Shown: positions 1-12,336, counted from the whole stretch's first letter. The stretch: DNA of 63,585 nt, filler included, from Collodictyon triciliatum (GCA_043381765.1; 21 parts of 21 records of this genome joined end to end with filler, not necessarily neighbours in it); one strand, 5' to 3'. Notes: generated from the sequence alone by a model not told the origin. Program-made: numbers and translations.

Positions 1-2841
1 GGAAATCCGCCAAAAGAAAGTCGGAAACGAGCATCCTCTTGTCGCAACATCGTACCAGAACTACGGCCATGTCTCTCTGGCTGGGAAAAAGTAGCATATA
101 TTCATTCGATTAAAGACAGTTTTTAAATATACTTATAATTTGAGATATATTAATATGATTGAATCACCAAGGTATGAAGAGTCTATTGACAACTACGAGA
201 AGGAAAAATCAATCCTTGAAAAATCATTGGGAGCTAAGCATGCATCTGTTGCCTCGACAATCCAGTTCATTGCGAGTGTTCATCTTGCCAGTGGAAAGTT
301 TGGATTTTTAACCTACAGATATTTTCATAAAACAATTATTCCTTTCAATTTGCAAAATATATTTGGCTTCATATATTTCATTTTTATGGACTCTATTTGG
401 GGTTAAAATTATGCATAATATAATTAATTAAATATTAAATAACTATCTTCTTATATAGGATAACTGAGGCCTTGTCCTCATTAAAGCAATCGCTGGATAT
501 TTTCATGTCTGCCCTGGGTGAAAATCATCCGAATGTTGTGGCCTGCTATGAGATGATTGGATACATCAGCCATGATTTGAAGGAGTATATCTTTCTACAG
601 ATTATTTTTATATTTTGAATTGAAAAGGATAATGTATTTACTCACTTTATCCTAGCTTTAAGGGTGCTCTGGAGGCCTATACGAAGACGCTGGATATTCG
701 CGTGAGAACACTGGGCGAAAAGCATGCTGATTATGCGACTTCTCATGAGAATGTCGGCCGAACAAACTTTGAGCTTCAAAGGTTAATTTTTCTGTTATAT
801 TAAAAAATCGAATATATTTTATTAATACTTGTAAAACCCTACATATTTGTTAACTAATATACCTGGATTTAGATTGGACCAAGTTGTTGAGTACTTTCAG
901 AAGGCAGCTGCTATCAGAAAGGAGACAAACACTGTAATGTCACTGAAAGACACCCATCAGATTGACAACATTATCCGATTCATGAAAGAAAAGGAGGAGC
1001 ATGAAGCCGTCATTCAGCTTTACAAAACGCTGATTCATTTATTCAGCAAGCTTTACTCCATGGATTATCTTGGAATATGCAACAGCTGTGAGGAAATCGA
1101 CAAAATTTTCAAGGAACTGACGCAGCATAACGAAGTAGTGGCATTCTGGGCTGAGATGAGAGACAGATTCGCCGATAAAATTGGATGGATTCACCCCAGA
1201 ACATTAAACTCGTGCGAATACTTGTCCGTCCATTCAAAGGAAATCGGAATCAACAAAGAGTCTGTCGAGTTTACAAGAGTCAAGGATTTCATCTGTGAAA
1301 CTCTTGATGATGCAAAACTGGATGAGGAATGGAATCATGAGCTAATCATCGCATCGTTATTCAGAATTGTCTACATGTCAAAGACTGATGAGAGCAAATC
1401 AAAGGCTGCATCTGATGCAATAACACTTTTGAATTTCATGAATGTTTCGTTTGGTGGAATGGATTTATCAAACGTCAAAATCCCACATGCAAATCTCAGT
1501 AACTCAATCCTTGATGGTACAAACTTCACTGGTGCCAACTTGGATGATGTTGACTTCACGAATTCGATGCTTGGTGATTGTGTTTTTGATAATGCAAATA
1601 TGAATAATGTGAAATTCGAATTTGTTCATGATAAACTAGAAGGTCATACAAATGATGTCAATAGTGTTTGCAGTATTCAAGGACCGAATGGTGGAATATA
1701 GCTGGCTTCTGGAAGTCGTGATGAAACAATACGTATTTGGGATGTAGCCACAGGAAACCAAATCAAAAAATTAGAAGGTCATAAAGATTATGTCTGGAGT
1801 GTTTGCAGTATTCAAGGACCGAATGGTGAAAATTGGCTGGCTTCTGGAAGTAGCGATAACACAATAATTATTTGGGATGTAGCCTCAGGAAACCAAATCA
1901 ATACATTAAAAGGACATACAGATTATGTCATTAGTGTTTGCAGCATTCAAGGACCGAATGGTGAAAATTGGCTGGCTTCTGGAAGTTATGACAAAACAAT
2001 ACGCATTTGGGATGTATCCACAGGAAACCAAATCAAAACATTATATGGTCATACAAGTGGTGTCAGTAGTGTTTGCAGTATTCAAGGACCGAATGATGAA
2101 AAGTGGTTGGCTTCTGGAAGTTGTGATAACACAATACGTGTTTGGGATGTAGCCACAGGAAACCAAATCAAAACATTATATGGTCATACAAGTGGTGTCA
2201 GTAGTGTTTGCAGTATTCAAGGACCGAATGGTGAGAAATGGTTGGCTTCTGGAAGTGGTAAAACAATACGTATCTGGGATGTAGCCACGGGAAACCAAAT
2301 CAATACATTAAAAGGACATACAGATTATGTCATTAGTGTTTGCAGTATTCAAGGACCGAATGGTGAAAACTGGTTGGTTTCTGGAAGTGATGATAAAACC
2401 ATACGTGTGTGGGATGTAACCACAGGAAACCAAACACACAGTCTGCAAAAGTCAGAAGTTACCTACACGCAAGGAAAATACCTTATCAGGAAAGAAAAGC
2501 CAGACGAAGTCATCGCAGTATTCAACAGAACAAGCGATGCGATGAACATGATTGACACCAATAGAATCCAAGATGCAAGGACAGTCCAGATTATCGGCCC
2601 AAGAAAGCTGCAAGGTGGAAACATCCAAATCAAAAATGTCACGGGATTGAGTCAATTCAACAAATCCCTCCTACTTTCTATCGGTGCTGCTTCCTTTGAT
2701 GCGGACTTTGCTGCCTATTGTGAGCAGGGTGAGTTCACAAAGTTCCAGGTTCAAATGATGGCTGAGTGCTATGAGAATGGATGGGGTGTTGGAAAGGACA
2801 CCGAGAAAGCAGCTGAGTGGAGACAGAAAGCCGCAGCTTAA
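1..2841 (+). pseudogene. TPR-pentapeptide-WD40-Sel1 protein (5'-partial) with one in-frame TAG in the first WD40 repeat
   Basis: Exons <1-90, 172-297, 459-584, 656-781, 873-2841 (GT-AG, all phase 2) give kinesin-light-chain-type TPRs (LGENHPNVVACYEMIG). Then a pentapeptide segment (ANLSNSILDGTNFTGANLDD), six 45-aa WD40 repeats and a Sel1-like end (ECYENGWGVGKDTEKAAEW). TAG at 1699-1701 replaces the conserved Trp; the frame stays open to TAA 2841. Confidence 0.8.
1636..2445 (+). repeat. 135-nt coding tandem repeat (6 WD40 units)
   Basis: GGACCGAAT recurs at 1681, 1816, 1951, 2086, 2221 and 2353 (one unit is 3 nt shorter). Confidence 0.95.
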
Positions 2842-2977
2842 CAAGGTAAGTAGTATAACAGATGCATATAATATATATTCGTTAATCATAATCATTTTAG
2901 ATGGAGAGATTCTCTGCGTTTTTTTCAAGCAGACCTCCGCATTTTTCCCACAAGGACGCTCCTTGAAAACAGAATAA

Positions 2978-3077
2978 NNNNNNNNNNNNNNNNNNNNNNN
3001 NNNNNNNNNNNNNNNNNNNNNTTAATTAATTAANNNNNNNNNNNNNNNNNNNNNNNNNNNNNNNNNNNNNNNNNNNN
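2978..3077. other. Artificial contig linker (N44-TTAATTAATTAA-N44); first of 20
   Basis: Identical 100-nt spacer with stops in all six frames, recurring about every 3.07 kb (also 6055, 9130, 12206, 15282, 18362, 21433, 24504, 27575, 30645, 33715, 36785, 39855, 42924, 45991, 49062, 52130, 55198, 58265, 61332). Most contigs end in microsatellites or homopolymers. Confidence 0.98.
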
Positions 3078-3561
3078 AGACGGCTGCAGCTGTTGGCCCA
3101 ATCCAGGCGATATTTGGGCCTCTGCAACAGCTGCGTCCAGAGGCAAAAACATTCTGGGCAGTGACGCGAGGCCATTTGATATGGACTATGTGGATAGCGC
3201 GCATATACTCACGCAAAGCAAGACTCAACAACCAGCCACCCATTCCCGATAATAGGCTGAATGACATCATACAAATCTCTTTTATCAACATCTTCCTTCG
3301 CCACCTGCACGTCCTCTATTAATCAGACCCTGTGAGAAGAGACATGTGGAAAGAAGCTGAGAAAGAGATTAAACCTCGCCTTGCCTCTCTCATGCAAACA
3401 CAAGACCCAGGCTACAGGCCAAAGCGCAGGATGCAATTCCTGATTACCGATTACTTCTCCACCACCCGGCCACCAAGTAGCGTCCATGCAAACGATGGCT
3501 AGCGAACCAAAGCCAACATCTTCACCATCCTGCACAAAATTGAAAGGAAGAAAAAAAAAAA
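3078..3561 (+). mobile_element. 3' end of an L1/Tx1-like non-LTR retrotransposon (family B) with poly(A) tail
   Basis: Frame reads ...FWAVTRGHLIWTMWIARIYS...FLRHLHVLY*SDPVRR..., a WxxWxxR motif typical of L1-clade ORF2 C-termini. Ends CACAAAATTGAAAGGAAG-A(n). Homologous copies at ~30540, ~36245, ~42440 and ~44515. Confidence 0.8.
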
Positions 3562-3715
3562 CGCTCCAAGTCTCATAGCATTGGTTCATGAAACGGCTTT
3601 AGCCAATCTGTTAACGTTTCCCCCTTTTATTCGGTCCAAACTGCAACGAGGTTATGCCATACCAAGGGCGAGATAGGTGGGCGTGGTAGAGAGCAAACGC
3701 GAGTAGGAGAAAACG

Positions 3716-5632
3716 TTAATGTCGAGAGGCTTTCTCCGGAAAGATATCAGTATAGCCAGTTATCCAATCTGTAAACTTTTGAAATGGAATATGCCAAAGT
3801 AAAATCAAACTGACAAACGAAAAAATGATGAAGGGTATCGTAGTGAAATATGCATTTAGGATAATGAAATAAGCGATTATCGTAAAGAACACCATAACAT
3901 AAATGAATATCACCAGAATCATTATGATATATTGACACAGTCGAATACACAAAATAATTAAACATATCAAAATCACTGGAAAAAGTATAGGCCATAGAGA
4001 CGTATTGCAGTCATCCCCAAAGAAACCAGCGTGGCATTCACACTTGTCGGTTGAAATCTCACACACCCCATTCCCATTACAATCATTGACGCAGTTTCCA
4101 TAATAGAATAGATTCACTTGGCGACTTTTGAGGTTATTTTCATCATAGATATTCATGTCGTTTCCAGTTTCATTACCATGAGCATACACTAATGTTATGT
4201 TTCTGTCAGTGATGGCAATATCATACTTGTCTGATGTGTCAAGACGGCGTGTAAGCTCGTAGATGGTAATCGGCTCTAGAGATTTTGATTGCTGCAACAG
4301 AGATTGAACATCCTCGTGGTCTAGTGATTTCCCAGATGCTAGTTCTCTTTCGATAGAATAATCAACCACCTCTTTTGCTGTGGGGATAGATGTTCGGAGA
4401 TTCCAATTATTCTCACCACCATCGGAAGTATCCAGCCTAACGTGTCCATTATGATCAATCCAAAAGTCGCCTGCTATCCCACTCGAAGATAATGAACTCT
4501 GGCGACATATAACCATGTCAACCCAAGACTGGCGTCCCTCGTCAGATACAAAGCCAATAGCCGCCCATGTTTTTTCGACCTTGACAATCAGCTTGATGTC
4601 GATATTATCGCTATGAATACTCCACTGCATTCGCATCTTAGGGGACAAATCAATCGCAGCGGGAATAGGAATGTGAACTCCTGGTGAAGCATAATTCAGC
4701 AAACATATGAATATGTAATTTCCACCTATTTAAGAACAAAGAGGAGATATAATATATGGAGGATGAAACTCACGGCCGATAGAGCAATCATCCCCGCTGA
4801 AGCCAGGTGAGCACTCACAAGCGTTTTTCGTAACATTGCAGACTCCATGATTGCTACAGCCATTTGGGCAGCTATCGTGATCCATGAAATTCAGTTGGAT
4901 GGAGTTAAAGCTTCGTGTGTCGTATGCAACCATCGTCTTTTCTCCTTCGGACCCGTGCGCATAAATCACACTCAGCTTCTCGTTCGAGATGACCTTGTCG
5001 AATGTGTCGGTCGAATTGAGGGGACGAGTAAACTCGTATGTGGTCTCACGGTCGTGCATTCCAATGAGCCCCATAGCAAACTTCATAAAGTCCTTGTTGT
5101 AGAAGCCAGACTCAAAGAGGGATAAGACAAACTCGTATGCAGTCTCTACTTGCGTGGTAGTTGCTGACTTCAGCACAATATCGTCCGTCCCGCCGAGCTC
5201 AGTGTCCAGCTCGAGTCGGCCGTTTGCGCTAGACCAGTAATCCCGCACCAGCTGCACAGAGGGGTTTTTGGCATCAAACTCGCCCACAGCAATATCAGCC
5301 TCTGTCCCGGACTCCTGGTGAGTTCTAATTCCAATCGCTGCCCACGTACTAGTGTGCTTCACAATAAGCTTGATGTTGATGTGATCATGATCCAGGCTCC
5401 AAATCATGCGCATGTGAGGGGTCAGCTCAACCATAGAGGGAGCTCGGCCGACCACTGGGGTTAGATTTTATAGTTTTGTGAGGGTGAGGATTTCATCAAA
5501 TCATTAGAAAAGTAAATTTTTCCTCCAACAACAGAAAATATATAAAGAAAAGCACCAACCTGAAGAGACATAAGTAAAAAGGATAAAGAAAATCGCAGTG
5601 GTTTGAGCACACGGAAGTCCAGAACGTCTCAT
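3716..5632 (-). CDS. Signal peptide + 2x(DOMON + EGF-like) + C-terminal transmembrane helices
   Basis: Exons 5632-5560, 5454-4774, 4680-3716 splice in frame. DOMON motifs (WAAIG..D; YEFTRPLNSTDTFD; VIYAHG) and EGF motifs (CPNGCSNHGVC..CECSPGFSGDDC) each occur twice; hydrophobic C-terminus. Confidence 0.85.
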
Positions 5633-5798
5633 CTTCGTTAGAAACTATACGTTTGGCTTACACATTAAGGAAAAGAAAGCTCCATAGCTCCAAATAGTAG
5701 TTTGGTATACTTAGGCGACAAAAAAAAGTACGGAAATAGAGTTTATGAAGCGGGACATTTACGGAGTAGGGACAGTGTATTATGTATGTATTATAAGC

Positions 5799-5823
5799 AC
5801 TTTGAATCGAATAAAGGAAAAAA
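5799..5823 (+). mobile_element. Family A micro-retroinsertion
   Basis: ACTTTGAATCGAATAAAGGAAAAAA with degenerate direct flanks ATGTATGTATTATAAGC / AAGTGTGTGTTATGATGC. Confidence 0.6.
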
Positions 5824-5892
5824 GTGTGTGTTATGATGCTTTCTCAATTGATGACGATGGTCGGAATGAGGGAGCCACTTAGCTCTGATATG

Positions 5893-6052
<160 letters not shown>

Positions 6053-6463
6053 TANNNNNNNNNNNNNNNNNNNNNNNNNNNNNNNNNNNNNNNNNNNNTT
6101 AATTAATTAANNNNNNNNNNNNNNNNNNNNNNNNNNNNNNNNNNNNNNNNNNNNTGTTTTTGTTTTTGTTTGTTTGTTTGTTTGTTTGTTTGTTTGTTTG
6201 TTTGTTTGTTTGTTTGTTTGTTTGTTTGTTTGTTTGTTTGTTTGTTTGTTTGTTTTTCGTCTGTTTCTTAAATCTGTTTTGCATCATTGTAATAATGTTG
6301 CGTTTGATTTCCATAGATTTCTGAAAGTATTTTGTAGAAAATGAAAATCGATAGATACATGCATTCACGTCCCATCAAGCCCCATTTTATTTCCCTTAAT
6401 TGACTTTGCCTAATTTTAAGGGGTGCCAGGGTTAGAATAATATCGAGATTCAGCATACATAGG

Positions 6464-7985
6464 ATGGCGGGTAAGATATCAAAACGGAGTATCTTTAATA
6501 CAAAAATAAAAACGAAACGTATTCATGTATTCTTTTACTACAGGAACAGCTAGAGACCCAATAAATGTTCTTCTCCTGGGACAGACGGGCTCAGGGAAAA
6601 CATCTCTTGTCAATTTCTTGTGTTCATGGAATGAAAAAGGTGACACAACTGAACTATCGGCACTTTTGCCATTAACGTCTTATGGAAAGGGCGAAACATT
6701 GAATATTTCTACTGCGAGTGTGACTAGTCAAGTTCAAAGTTACCAGCTGGTATTGAGGAAGGATGGGCAAACAATTCACGTTAATATACACGACACCCCA
6801 GGATTCGGGGATACAAGGGGATATTCACAAGATGAAGACAATATGAATGCCATCGGAACTCTATTTCAAAAATGTCAGAAAATGCACTGCGTGATGATTA
6901 TGTTCAATGCATCAGATATCAGGAGTCAATCCAGTAGATCAAAATACATTCTGCAAATGTTCTATTCAATATTACCTAGAAGTTTCATTCAATCTACGAT
7001 AGTATTTTTTTCACACACAAATTGCGTAGCGGAGGTAGAAAAAGAAGGTCTTAGGGAGCTAAGTATCCCGAATGGGCATTTCTATCACTATGACAACTTA
7101 CTTTACTCCAAGGATTGTCGTTTATTGAGGTCATTTTCTGACGTTGCAACCCTTTTAAGTGCAAGTAAGATGGAGGTTTTGAAGGATTCTATAAGGAATG
7201 GATACACCACACTATTTAGTATATTCAAGCAAGTCCAAAAGTTTCCTGTTCAACCATGCGAGGATTTCAAAAGTATTCATGAAAACCGAAGTTCCTTAAG
7301 AAGAATGTTAATGGCTATAGCAATGAATTATAAAGACAATGTCGAAATTTTAGGGGCGATAGATTCCCGACAGGAAATCACTGACATTAGTGTTTTGGGT
7401 ATATTAAAAACTGAAAGAACAACCACAAAGAACACAACATGCCAGTGTTGCCTTACCTCTTGCCACGAGGGTTGTCAACTGAATGAATTGCCCAATGGTT
7501 CAAAAGGTAATAATTTCGCTTATCAATATTTTTTTTCCATGCACAGAGGCGATTCTTTTTTAAATAGACAGAAATTTTGAAGAAAAAAAAAACTAATATA
7601 TTAATCGATAAAAAAAATTGTAGATTTTTATAACTGTGCCGCATTTCGAGGTCCAAAGTGTAAGTGCGGGCATGGTCCCACGACACATTTCCACTACTTT
7701 TACAAATTCTATGTTCGGGACACTCATATATCTGCCACTGCAAATTCGAGACCCACAGAACATAAATCGGTATTAACACAAAATAAAGAAGCGGCAATAA
7801 GAGAGATAGAAAGATATCTGAAGGAACTGCATGAGATATGCCCTCCGTGTTACGACTTCTCAATTGAGCTTTCGACCATCATGGAATATCTGAACGAAGA
7901 GATCTTGACATCCAGGGACAGACAAACGAAAAGAAAATTGAGAGACCTGTTGGAAATATTCGAAAAAATGGCCGAGATTCTTTAG
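6464..7985 (+). CDS. AIG1/septin-like P-loop GTPase with Cys/His-rich C-terminal module
   Basis: Exons 6464-6470, 6544-7506, 7624-7985. G1 GQTGSGKTS, G3 DTPGFGD; C-terminal CQCC..SCHEGC..CAAF..KCKCGH...HFH. Confidence 0.85.
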
Positions 7986-9386
7986 GCCAAATTCAACTTC
8001 CCCTTGTCCGAAAGCACTGAGACCACAGATGTGCATTAAAAAAAAATAAACTAAAAAACGCAGAGGTCTAATATATGGTTAGATATCAATTGCTATGCAA
8101 ATATTATTCTGATTCCTTAGTTTGTTTAATTTGAGTTTTTTATATCTTGTCTCTACTATGCGCACCTATCTCGCCTCTCATGTGGCATAGATATTCATAC
8201 ATGTAATTGTATGATAATTTGTTAAACCCGACAAAGCAATATCCATACAAAAAATTAAGTTTGTCAGAAATCTTATGAAATGTCTCCCAAAGACGATGAA
8301 TAGAATCCCATAGACACTATCGCATCCCTTTTGTCTTGGATGAAAAAATCTTGATCATAGCGTCAAGCTTAACAGGCATTCTTACCCGCCACCCTGGTAT
8401 TGCTTCGCTCATATGTCACTGACAGCCGACAAACCAAATGAAGCCGCTGTCTGGAGCTGATATCACTCTTCTCATATTTTTAAGTTCGATTTTTTTTCTC
8501 ACGCTGTGTATTTGATATGTTATTACAGCTCATTTTGGATGCATTTGATTTGGTTTCAAGCCTGATGTCGAATGAGAGGATTGGTATCTCTGTCCCTGCC
8601 TCGCAAACCTAACAAGGCCAAGTTTTCCCTTGCGCGGTTTGTCTTTGTTGTCCTTTCACCGAGACAACGGTTGAGGATACCACAACGAATAAATTATTCA
8701 AAGAATGCACCCTTTTAAACTCAAAGTAACGATTTATCCAAAACTGGAATATATACCGAAGCAAATGGCAGCCTTTGTTTAAGATCCGCGAGCAGCTCAA
8801 ACACAAGTCGCAGAGACACTCGGTTGGCTGGCGCTGCAATTCTGATCAGCAGCTTTCCGCCTTCAATCGCCCTCAGAAGCCAATGGGCTGCCATGGAAAC
8901 TTGCCTCTTAGTTAAGAATGAAGCTACACTTTAAAAGTGGTGTTTGTTTTGTTTCTTTGTTTCTTTGTTTCTTTGTTTCTTTGTTTCTTTGTTTCTTTGT
9001 TTCTTTGTTTCTTTGTTTCTTTGTTTATTCTTTTCTCGCATGCTCCTCTGGTGTCACTGCGGTTGTGACTTCTGGGAGCTCAACCTAAACGCAAAAAAAA
9101 AAAAAAAAAAAAAAAAAAACAGCCCCACCNNNNNNNNNNNNNNNNNNNNNNNNNNNNNNNNNNNNNNNNNNNNTTAATTAATTAANNNNNNNNNNNNNNN
9201 NNNNNNNNNNNNNNNNNNNNNNNNNNNNNTTTGTTTGTTTGTTTGTTTGTTTGTTTGTTTGTTTGTTTGTTTGTTTGTTTGTTTGTTTGTTTGTTTGTTT
9301 GTTTGTTTGTTTGTTTGTTTTTGTAGTAATTCTTTATTAACTTCTCCCTTCTCCCTTTCTCCCTTTCTCCTTTTCTTTTCTCTCTC

Positions 9387-9423
<37 letters not shown>

Positions 9424-9504
9424 TCCCCCCTCTGCGGATTCGCTACAGACGCCAGCACAGGCAAGCAGAGCCCCACTCCTCACAGCACAGCCGCAAAGGA
9501 GTCC

Positions 9505-11893
9505 ATGAACGCTCCGCTCTCCGCACAGCGGCATCGCACACTCAGCCAAATGGCCGAACTCGCCCGCTTGGACGCGATTTCCCCGCCAACGCCACCGCTT
9601 CAAAGCAAAGCGCCGGCGACTCCCGCATCGAATGCGCGTCCCGCTTCTGCGCAGTCCACTCGCTCGATTCGCACCGCATCGGCCCCCCGTGCAAACGCCA
9701 CACCCACAAAGGCGCCGATGCGTGCGGCTTCGCTGGACCGAGGCGCGACTCCGTCCGTGAGTTTGTACGCATTGCGCAGTGGGCGCCAACGAACGCCCGA
9801 CTTGCAGACAAACGGGCAGTACAAGCGTGTCCTGACTGGTGCTGAGTCAAAGGGTCGTGGCAGAGAGGAGCGGCCGAATCCCCGCGGGAGAAGGTAGCTC
9901 TTCATTCCGGCAAAGATATATGTCGATTGTGTGCCTGCTATCGCAGTTGATTTTCTACTTCTTTCCTCTCCCTTTTCTTTTTCTTTTTTTCTTTTTCTTT
10001 TTCTTTTCTTTTTCTTTTTCTTTTTCTTTTTCTTTTTCTTTTTCTTTTTCCTTTTCTTTTCTTTTCTTTTCATTTATTAATATTTTTCCTTTCCTTTTCT
10101 TTTCTGTTCATTTTGTTCCTTTTCTTTATTTGCTTTCACTCATTTATCCTCTATTGAATTGTATCTTAATGGTTACAGTTGTTGAAGGATGATATAATTC
10201 TACTTTCCCTTCATTCGTATGCCTTTCTTTTGAATCCCTTTTGAGCTGCTAATTGTGAGAACCCAAATACGTATTCATCCTTTGTTTCGTATATATAATC
10301 GGCACAGGTCTATGAGTGCTGTAGATGTCGACAAGCATAGAGTTTCCAGAGTATGCGTGCCTCACGTGTCGTATGTCTCTTTATATGCACATTCTGTTAA
10401 TTGACTTTTTCATCGACTTGTTTCCAGTCAAATGGATACTGATGATTATCACTGGCTGGGAAAACTAAAAAAAAAAAAAAAAATCATAAAGGGAGCAAAA
10501 GGTTGCATTCGATCCTTTGCTTCCACAGCCGGTTCTCAGAATGAAAAAAATGGTATTTCTTCGAACTCAATCTTTTAACTTTCAGCATTCGTCTGCTATA
10601 TGTCCTATTCTTGTGTTGTGGAATAATCGTATTAAAATATTATGATAGCTTCTTCCTCTTTTTTATTATTATTAGTTTCATTAATGATGGTGTTCTTGTT
10701 CTTTTCATTGTAAGCATTTTCATTATTTACAGTCTTTTAGGTTTCTTGAATCGATTAAAGGGAAAAAAACTACAGCCTTTTAGGTGACAATATTTTTTCT
10801 ATGTATCCACAAGGTTCTCGACGTGATTGAGACCCTTGGAATTGAAGCAGAAAAGATCAGGAAAATTCAACATTATCCAAAGAAAGTGTTGGCCATGCAT
10901 AAACTCGGTATTACCCAAAAGGGAATCATCCAGGCTTTAGTCGACTATGCGCAAGTAAATACTGCAAGAAATAATGGATGAGATGAATTGAAATTTAAAA
11001 TCTGAAGCGTCTTATCATTTATCCTCTCAAAAAAATTGCCACAGATTACTTTATTATAATGAATTGCTAATTATTATCATATCTATCGTTCAATTAGAAA
11101 TCTCAAAAGGCGGGTCACGATGGCTCTGTTATCCGTCATGAAATGACTGCCTTACTCGCCCAGCTATCTTCTGTGTTTTCAAATATCCAAACAATGCTTG
11201 ACGGGGATGTGTTGCCGTACGGGGTAAACTTTTTAATCTATTTTTACTCTTTTTCTTTCTGTTCTGTTCTGTTCTGTTCTGTTCTGTTCTGTTCTGTTCT
11301 GTTCTGTNNNNNNNNNNNNNNNNNNNNNNNNNNNNNNNNNNNNNNNNNNNNNNNNNNNNNNNNNNNNNNNNNNNNNNNNNNNNNNNNNNNNNNNNNNNNN
11401 NNNNNNNNNNNNNNNNNNNNNNNNNNNNNNNNNNNNNNNNNNNNNNNNNNNNNNNNNNNNNNNNNNNNNNNNNNNNNNNNNNNNNNNNNNNNNNNNNNNN
11501 NNNNNNNNNNNNNNNNNNNNNNNNNNNNNNNNNNNNNNNNNNNNNNNNNNNNNNNNNNNNNNNNNNNNNNNNNNNNNNNNNNNNNNNNNNNNNNNNNNNN
11601 NNNNNNNNNNNNNNNNNNNNNNNNNNNNNNNNNNNNNNNNNNNNNNNNNNNNNNNNNNNNNNNNNNNNNNNNNNNNTTTTTTTAACCTCAGATCTATTCA
11701 TTGTTTAAAGTTCACAAATACAATTGATATTTTCAATTGGATTACTATTATTTTTTTAATCCCACAGATTCCGTCAGACAAAAAGAGTTCGAAGCCAGGG
11801 TCACCTGAAAACCAAACAAACCACAGAAAATCGGACGATATATCAGCAAAATCAAAGCGTTCTGTTGGTCTAGCTACATCACCGCATCAAAAT
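9505..11893 (+). CDS. Multi-exon hypothetical protein (Ala/Pro/Arg-rich N-terminus), partial
   Basis: GC-rich first exon 9505-~9892 ending AAG|GTAG; further exon-like segments ~10814-10952, ~11098-11223 and ~11768-11893; N gap at 11308-11676. Confidence 0.5.
10743..10770 (+). mobile_element. Family A micro-retroinsertion with 15-bp TSD
   Basis: TTCTTGAATCGATTAAAGGGAAAAAAAC between TACAGTCTTTTAGGT (10728-10742) and TACAGCCTTTTAGGT (10771-10785). Confidence 0.75.
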
Positions 11894-12336
11894 GTAAAAC
11901 GCCAATATGCAAATTTATATCAACTTTTCATTTCTCTTTCTTGTCTTTCTTGTCTTTCTTTTCTTTCTTTTCTTTCTTTTCTTTCTTGTCTTTCTTGTCT
12001 TTCTTGTCTTTCTTGTCTTTCTTGTCTTTCTTGTCTTTCATGTCTTTCATGTCTTTCATGTCTTTCATGTCTTTCATGTCTTTCATGTCTTTCATGTCTT
12101 TTATGTCTTTTATGTCTTTTATGTCTTTTATGTCTTTTATGTCTTTTATGTCTTTTATGTCTTTTATGTCTTTTATGTCTTTTATGTCTTTTATGTCTTT
12201 TATGTNNNNNNNNNNNNNNNNNNNNNNNNNNNNNNNNNNNNNNNNNNNNTTAATTAATTAANNNNNNNNNNNNNNNNNNNNNNNNNNNNNNNNNNNNNNN
12301 NNNNNAACCATACAAAAAAAAAAAAGCATTACGAGC

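Noticed and set aside
100-355. Partial matches to family A (~101-115) and family B (~336-354) termini in TPR introns
   Set aside because: Short matches in AT-rich DNA without a convincing TSD.
1699-1701. Reassigned stop codon (alternative genetic code)
   Set aside because: TAG, TAA and TGA all terminate intact genes here (7985, 59194, 35492), and the long ORFs lack other internal stops.
1636-2445. WD40 arrays as a CRISPR array or diversity-generating retroelement target
   Set aside because: The units are contiguous coding repeats without spacers, variation is not adenine-specific, there is no template repeat, and the only RT is LINE-type.
3022-3033. TTAATTAATTAA palindrome recurring every ~3.07 kb as a biological periodic element
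   Set aside because: Always centred in exactly 44+44 Ns; it is an assembly spacer.
8590-8800. Possible decayed LINE zinc-knuckle fragment (CAVC..ETT...LFKEC)
   Set aside because: The motif lacks the His and is interrupted by stops; too weak to call.
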